From contig LSRY02000063.1 of assembly GCA_001643675.2 (NCBI GenBank), positions 310,001 to 374,000 of the forward strand: a DNA stretch of 64,000 bases, written 5' to 3'. This stretch comes from Monocercomonoides exilis PA203 (Eukaryota; Protista; Preaxostyla). The position numbers and the translations under genes were made by a program. Under the pieces are notes generated by a model. It worked only from the letters and a program-made list of their open reading frames with translations. It was not told where the DNA came from and did not search any database. The first letter of the stretch is position 1, and every line of letters begins with the position of its first letter. Shown here piece after piece: positions 60,807 to 64,000 of this stretch.

Positions 60807-62668
60807 GTAAAAAGCTTCCCGTTGAAGTTCTATCAGTAACAAATTGGCTATAATGAATTCAATACAAAAAAATATGCATTTTATGAACAAAAAATATAAT
60901 TTCAATGAAAATTAAAATTTATTATTATAAAATAGTTTAATTGGCTTTATGATAATAACCCAAAAAAATGAAAAAATGAAAAAGGAAGTTGAAAGAGAAT
61001 TTTCTAAAAGTCAGTTAAAGCTGCAGAAGGAGATACAAACGTTTGTATGAATACAATTTCGGAATCCACTGGATCGAATGGAGCATTTTGTTAACGATGG
61101 AGCTGTGCGAATGGTGGATGCATACAATAGCAAAAAAATATGCATAATACGAATCAAACGTGTGGGAAAGGCTGTTTGGCAAGACAGATTTGCTTTTAAA
61201 ATTGGAAGACCAGATATGATCATTGGCGAAATAGAGCAAACAGTGCTGTACCAAATAAAAATAGAATCACTGTCTGGAGCAAGTTTAACCAACAAGAAAA
61301 TGCTTGAACTAGTTAACATAAATATTCTTTGAAATGAATAAATAAATATCAATTTGATTGAAAACGTTGTTAATGATTTGAAACCAGAAAACACACCAGA
61401 TGGAAAAGTTTCTGCTACCGTTGCACACAATTTCATCAAAAAACACACCGAGCTAAAGACTTCAACGCCGAAAATTGTTGATTCAAACAAGCTTGCGGTA
61501 TCATGCCAACATGTTCTGAAGTCCTGGTATGATATGCACAACGGATAACATCAGAACAACAGTTACAACAACGCACTGATTTTCAACGTGGACGAGTCTT
61601 CACTCAGGGTTCCCGACAGCTCCAATCGGAATGTTGTTCATCCGGCAAATGCAAAATCCGGTTTCGCTAAATCTGCGGCGCGAATGGCGAATTACACACT
61701 GATTGCGGCGGTTGTAGCTGATGGTCAATCACTTCCTTCAGTGATTCTGTGGCCGAGTCTCAAACTTTCTGATGACCTGAAGCCTCTTCAGTCTTCAAAT
61801 CTTGAGAATTAGCAGAAAAAATGCAAATGGATGGAATCTTTAACGTTAAGGAAGTATGCACTTACAATTCTTCTCACTTCAATCAAAGAAAGAAGACAAC
61901 GCATGTCACTCGACGAATGGCACTGCTTGCTTTTAATCGACTTCCACATTTCTCGAGCAGATCCAACAATCAAACGAGAGTTCAAAAAAGAAAATGTGGA
62001 TGTTGTGACATTCATCCCTCACAGCACACACATCTGCCAGCCACTTGACAGAGTCGAATTTTCCATTCTGAAGTTTGAGATGAGTTCTCAGTACGAAGCA
62101 CCTTTATCTTCTTCTTCAATTGTCTAGAACACAGCTCTTACATAAGCTCTCCAACAATCAGTTCATTCGGAGTGATCACCTTTAGTCACAAAAAAGAGCA
62201 TTTAATTGCAGCTGAGAGTGGAAAGACTCGTTGGGACAGTTCTGATGAACTTTCATCTATCATCTATTTATTCTCTTCCTTCTTATGAAAATTGATTTGA
62301 CTTCTACGTCAAAGAAATTATGAAAAAAATGTGATGAGTGAGTGAAATGAATATTTGAAAAAGAAAAATGAAATGGAAAAAGAAAAAGAAAATATTTCTT
62401 ATGAAGATAATGAAGTTGCAATGAATTTCTCAAAAAAGCTGAAAAGAAAGTTCAGAATTCTTCAAGATGAAAGCGAAATGATATAGAATCATCAGATGAA
62501 ATTGAAAGAGGAAAGGGAAAAAGAAAAGTCATCCACAAATTCGATTCGAGTTATGGATATATATATTTTTTAATTTTTTTTTTGTTTTTTCATTTCGAAA
62601 AATTTGGGTACTAATAAAAAAATGCGTGCTAATAAAAATATGACACTATTCAGCGGGAATCATTTTGC
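60807..62668 (+). mobile_element. Dead pogo-like DNA transposon 2 with short degenerate TIRs
   Basis: gtaaaaagcttcccgttgaa (60807-60826) vs ttcagcgggaatcattttgc (62649-62668), 16/20 inverted match, flanking a transposase relic. Confidence 0.55.
60976..62175 (+). pseudogene. DDE_1 transposase pseudogene 2
   Basis: ORF pieces starting 61078, 61354, 61588 and 61831 share one frame; IFNVDESSL, AVVADGQSLPSVILWP, LLLIDFHISR, PHSTHICQPLDRVEFSILK. Confidence 0.88.
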
Positions 62669-62678
62669 AAAAAGAAAG

Positions 62679-62842
62679 GTGGGCGCAAATGAATCCATCA
62701 TTTTTTTAGAAAAAAAAATGTATTTGGTGATAGGAAAAATATGATAAAAAAACAACCAAGATTTTTGGTTTTAATGTTTTTTTATGAATACTCATTAATG
62801 AACTCTGAAAAGTGAAAGATCTATTTTCTGGCGCACCCACTA
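62679..62842. mobile_element. Possible small MITE relic (gtgggcgc...gcgcacccac-ta)
   Basis: Short GC-rich inverted ends in AT-rich DNA, resembling the ends of the 34737 element. Confidence 0.35.
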
Positions 62843-64000
62843 TTTATGAAAGAAGAACAAAGGCTATTGAAATAAGAGACAAACATTTTTTATAAGAATA
62901 AAAATAATTCTACAAATGACAATGAATATTAATGTTGCCCTGAGTGACGTTGTGACTTCTGACGTGACATTTTCTATTTTTGACGGATGTGACAAATTTA
63001 TTCACATCACAATAAAAAAAAATCAAAATTTTAAATATATATTATCAAAACTCAACATATGTTTGAAAAATTGTTTATTTCAATTTTTGCGAAAAACTAT
63101 TTTCAAATTCTCACTAATCAAAATTGCCATAATGCATCTTTTGCTGACGTGATTGGTAGAACTGGAATTTCGATACGTCACTGACGTTGCTTTATGTTTT
63201 TTATTCGAAAAACACAAGAGAATAAGAAGAATAGCGAAACATGTTAGCCAAATCTCAAGAATGTTTTTATTTCATTATTCTGAATCAAACAACCATAACA
63301 TTTCATTGCATTTAAGCGATTCTTCTATTTTGATGAAAGAAACAAAAAAATACAAAATTGAAACAATAGAAAGAACATATCTCCTCTCTACCCAAAGTTA
63401 ATTGTGAAATACTGAATATGGAATAAATGTGAACAAAGTTTTCAAAGTTTATTTCTTTCATGATTTTTTTGTCAGACTTTTATCATTAGGTTGAAAATAA
63501 TAAAGTTCAGAGAGAAGAACAAACTCATTCCAATATTCATGATGAAATGCAGCATCAACAACATAAGTTCAATGAATAAAGTTTATGTGAAATGAACTCG
63601 TTAAAGGATTTATACACATATGACTTTTTTTCAAATGCCATTGATGAATTTTTTAAATCGAAATAATCAACAATAAAGCACCTTCGCTTATTGAAGATTT
63701 TGAAATTGATTGGTACAAAAACAAGAATGTTTTGTCAAATTGTGATTTGTGTAACAATGATAAGATAATTAAATGTGTGAAATTTGGAATTATCAAGTGG
63801 TTTATAACCAAATTTTCTTTTTTTGAATTTTTGTAATGATTTTCACTTGTTACATAAAAGAGACGCAGTTTGAAATGTCAAAATTTGAAATTTGATTGTT
63901 TTGTTTGTTTAACAATTAGCACTTTGATTATCTAATGCTGTTAAAGCTTTTCAATATCTTTTATTAACCTTGGAAATTTTTTATATTCTGACCCATGCAC

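Overview
AT-rich, intron-containing eukaryotic DNA using the standard genetic code (TAA and TGA both end conserved genes). Gene content and the giant beta-helix/kinase-like proteins suggest an oxymonad (Monocercomonoides-like); this is an inference. Conserved genes: CXIP4-like zinc knuckle, RPL14, EME1-like, clade-X ATP-type PFK, IFT80, a divergent ATG8, DUF192 and RPB1 with a YSPSSPA CTD. Lineage-specific genes: three giant beta-helix surface-receptor-like genes (two with a visible TM plus pseudokinase tail, one with a premature TGA) that look like modular mosaics, and a TmcB-like multipass protein ending in a degenerate hemerythrin domain. Intergenic DNA holds several MITE/foldback elements and two dead pogo-like DDE transposons inactivated mainly by substitutions, many C>T/G>A. 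No tRNA, rRNA or CRISPR array was recognised. Exon models are hand-built without transcript data.
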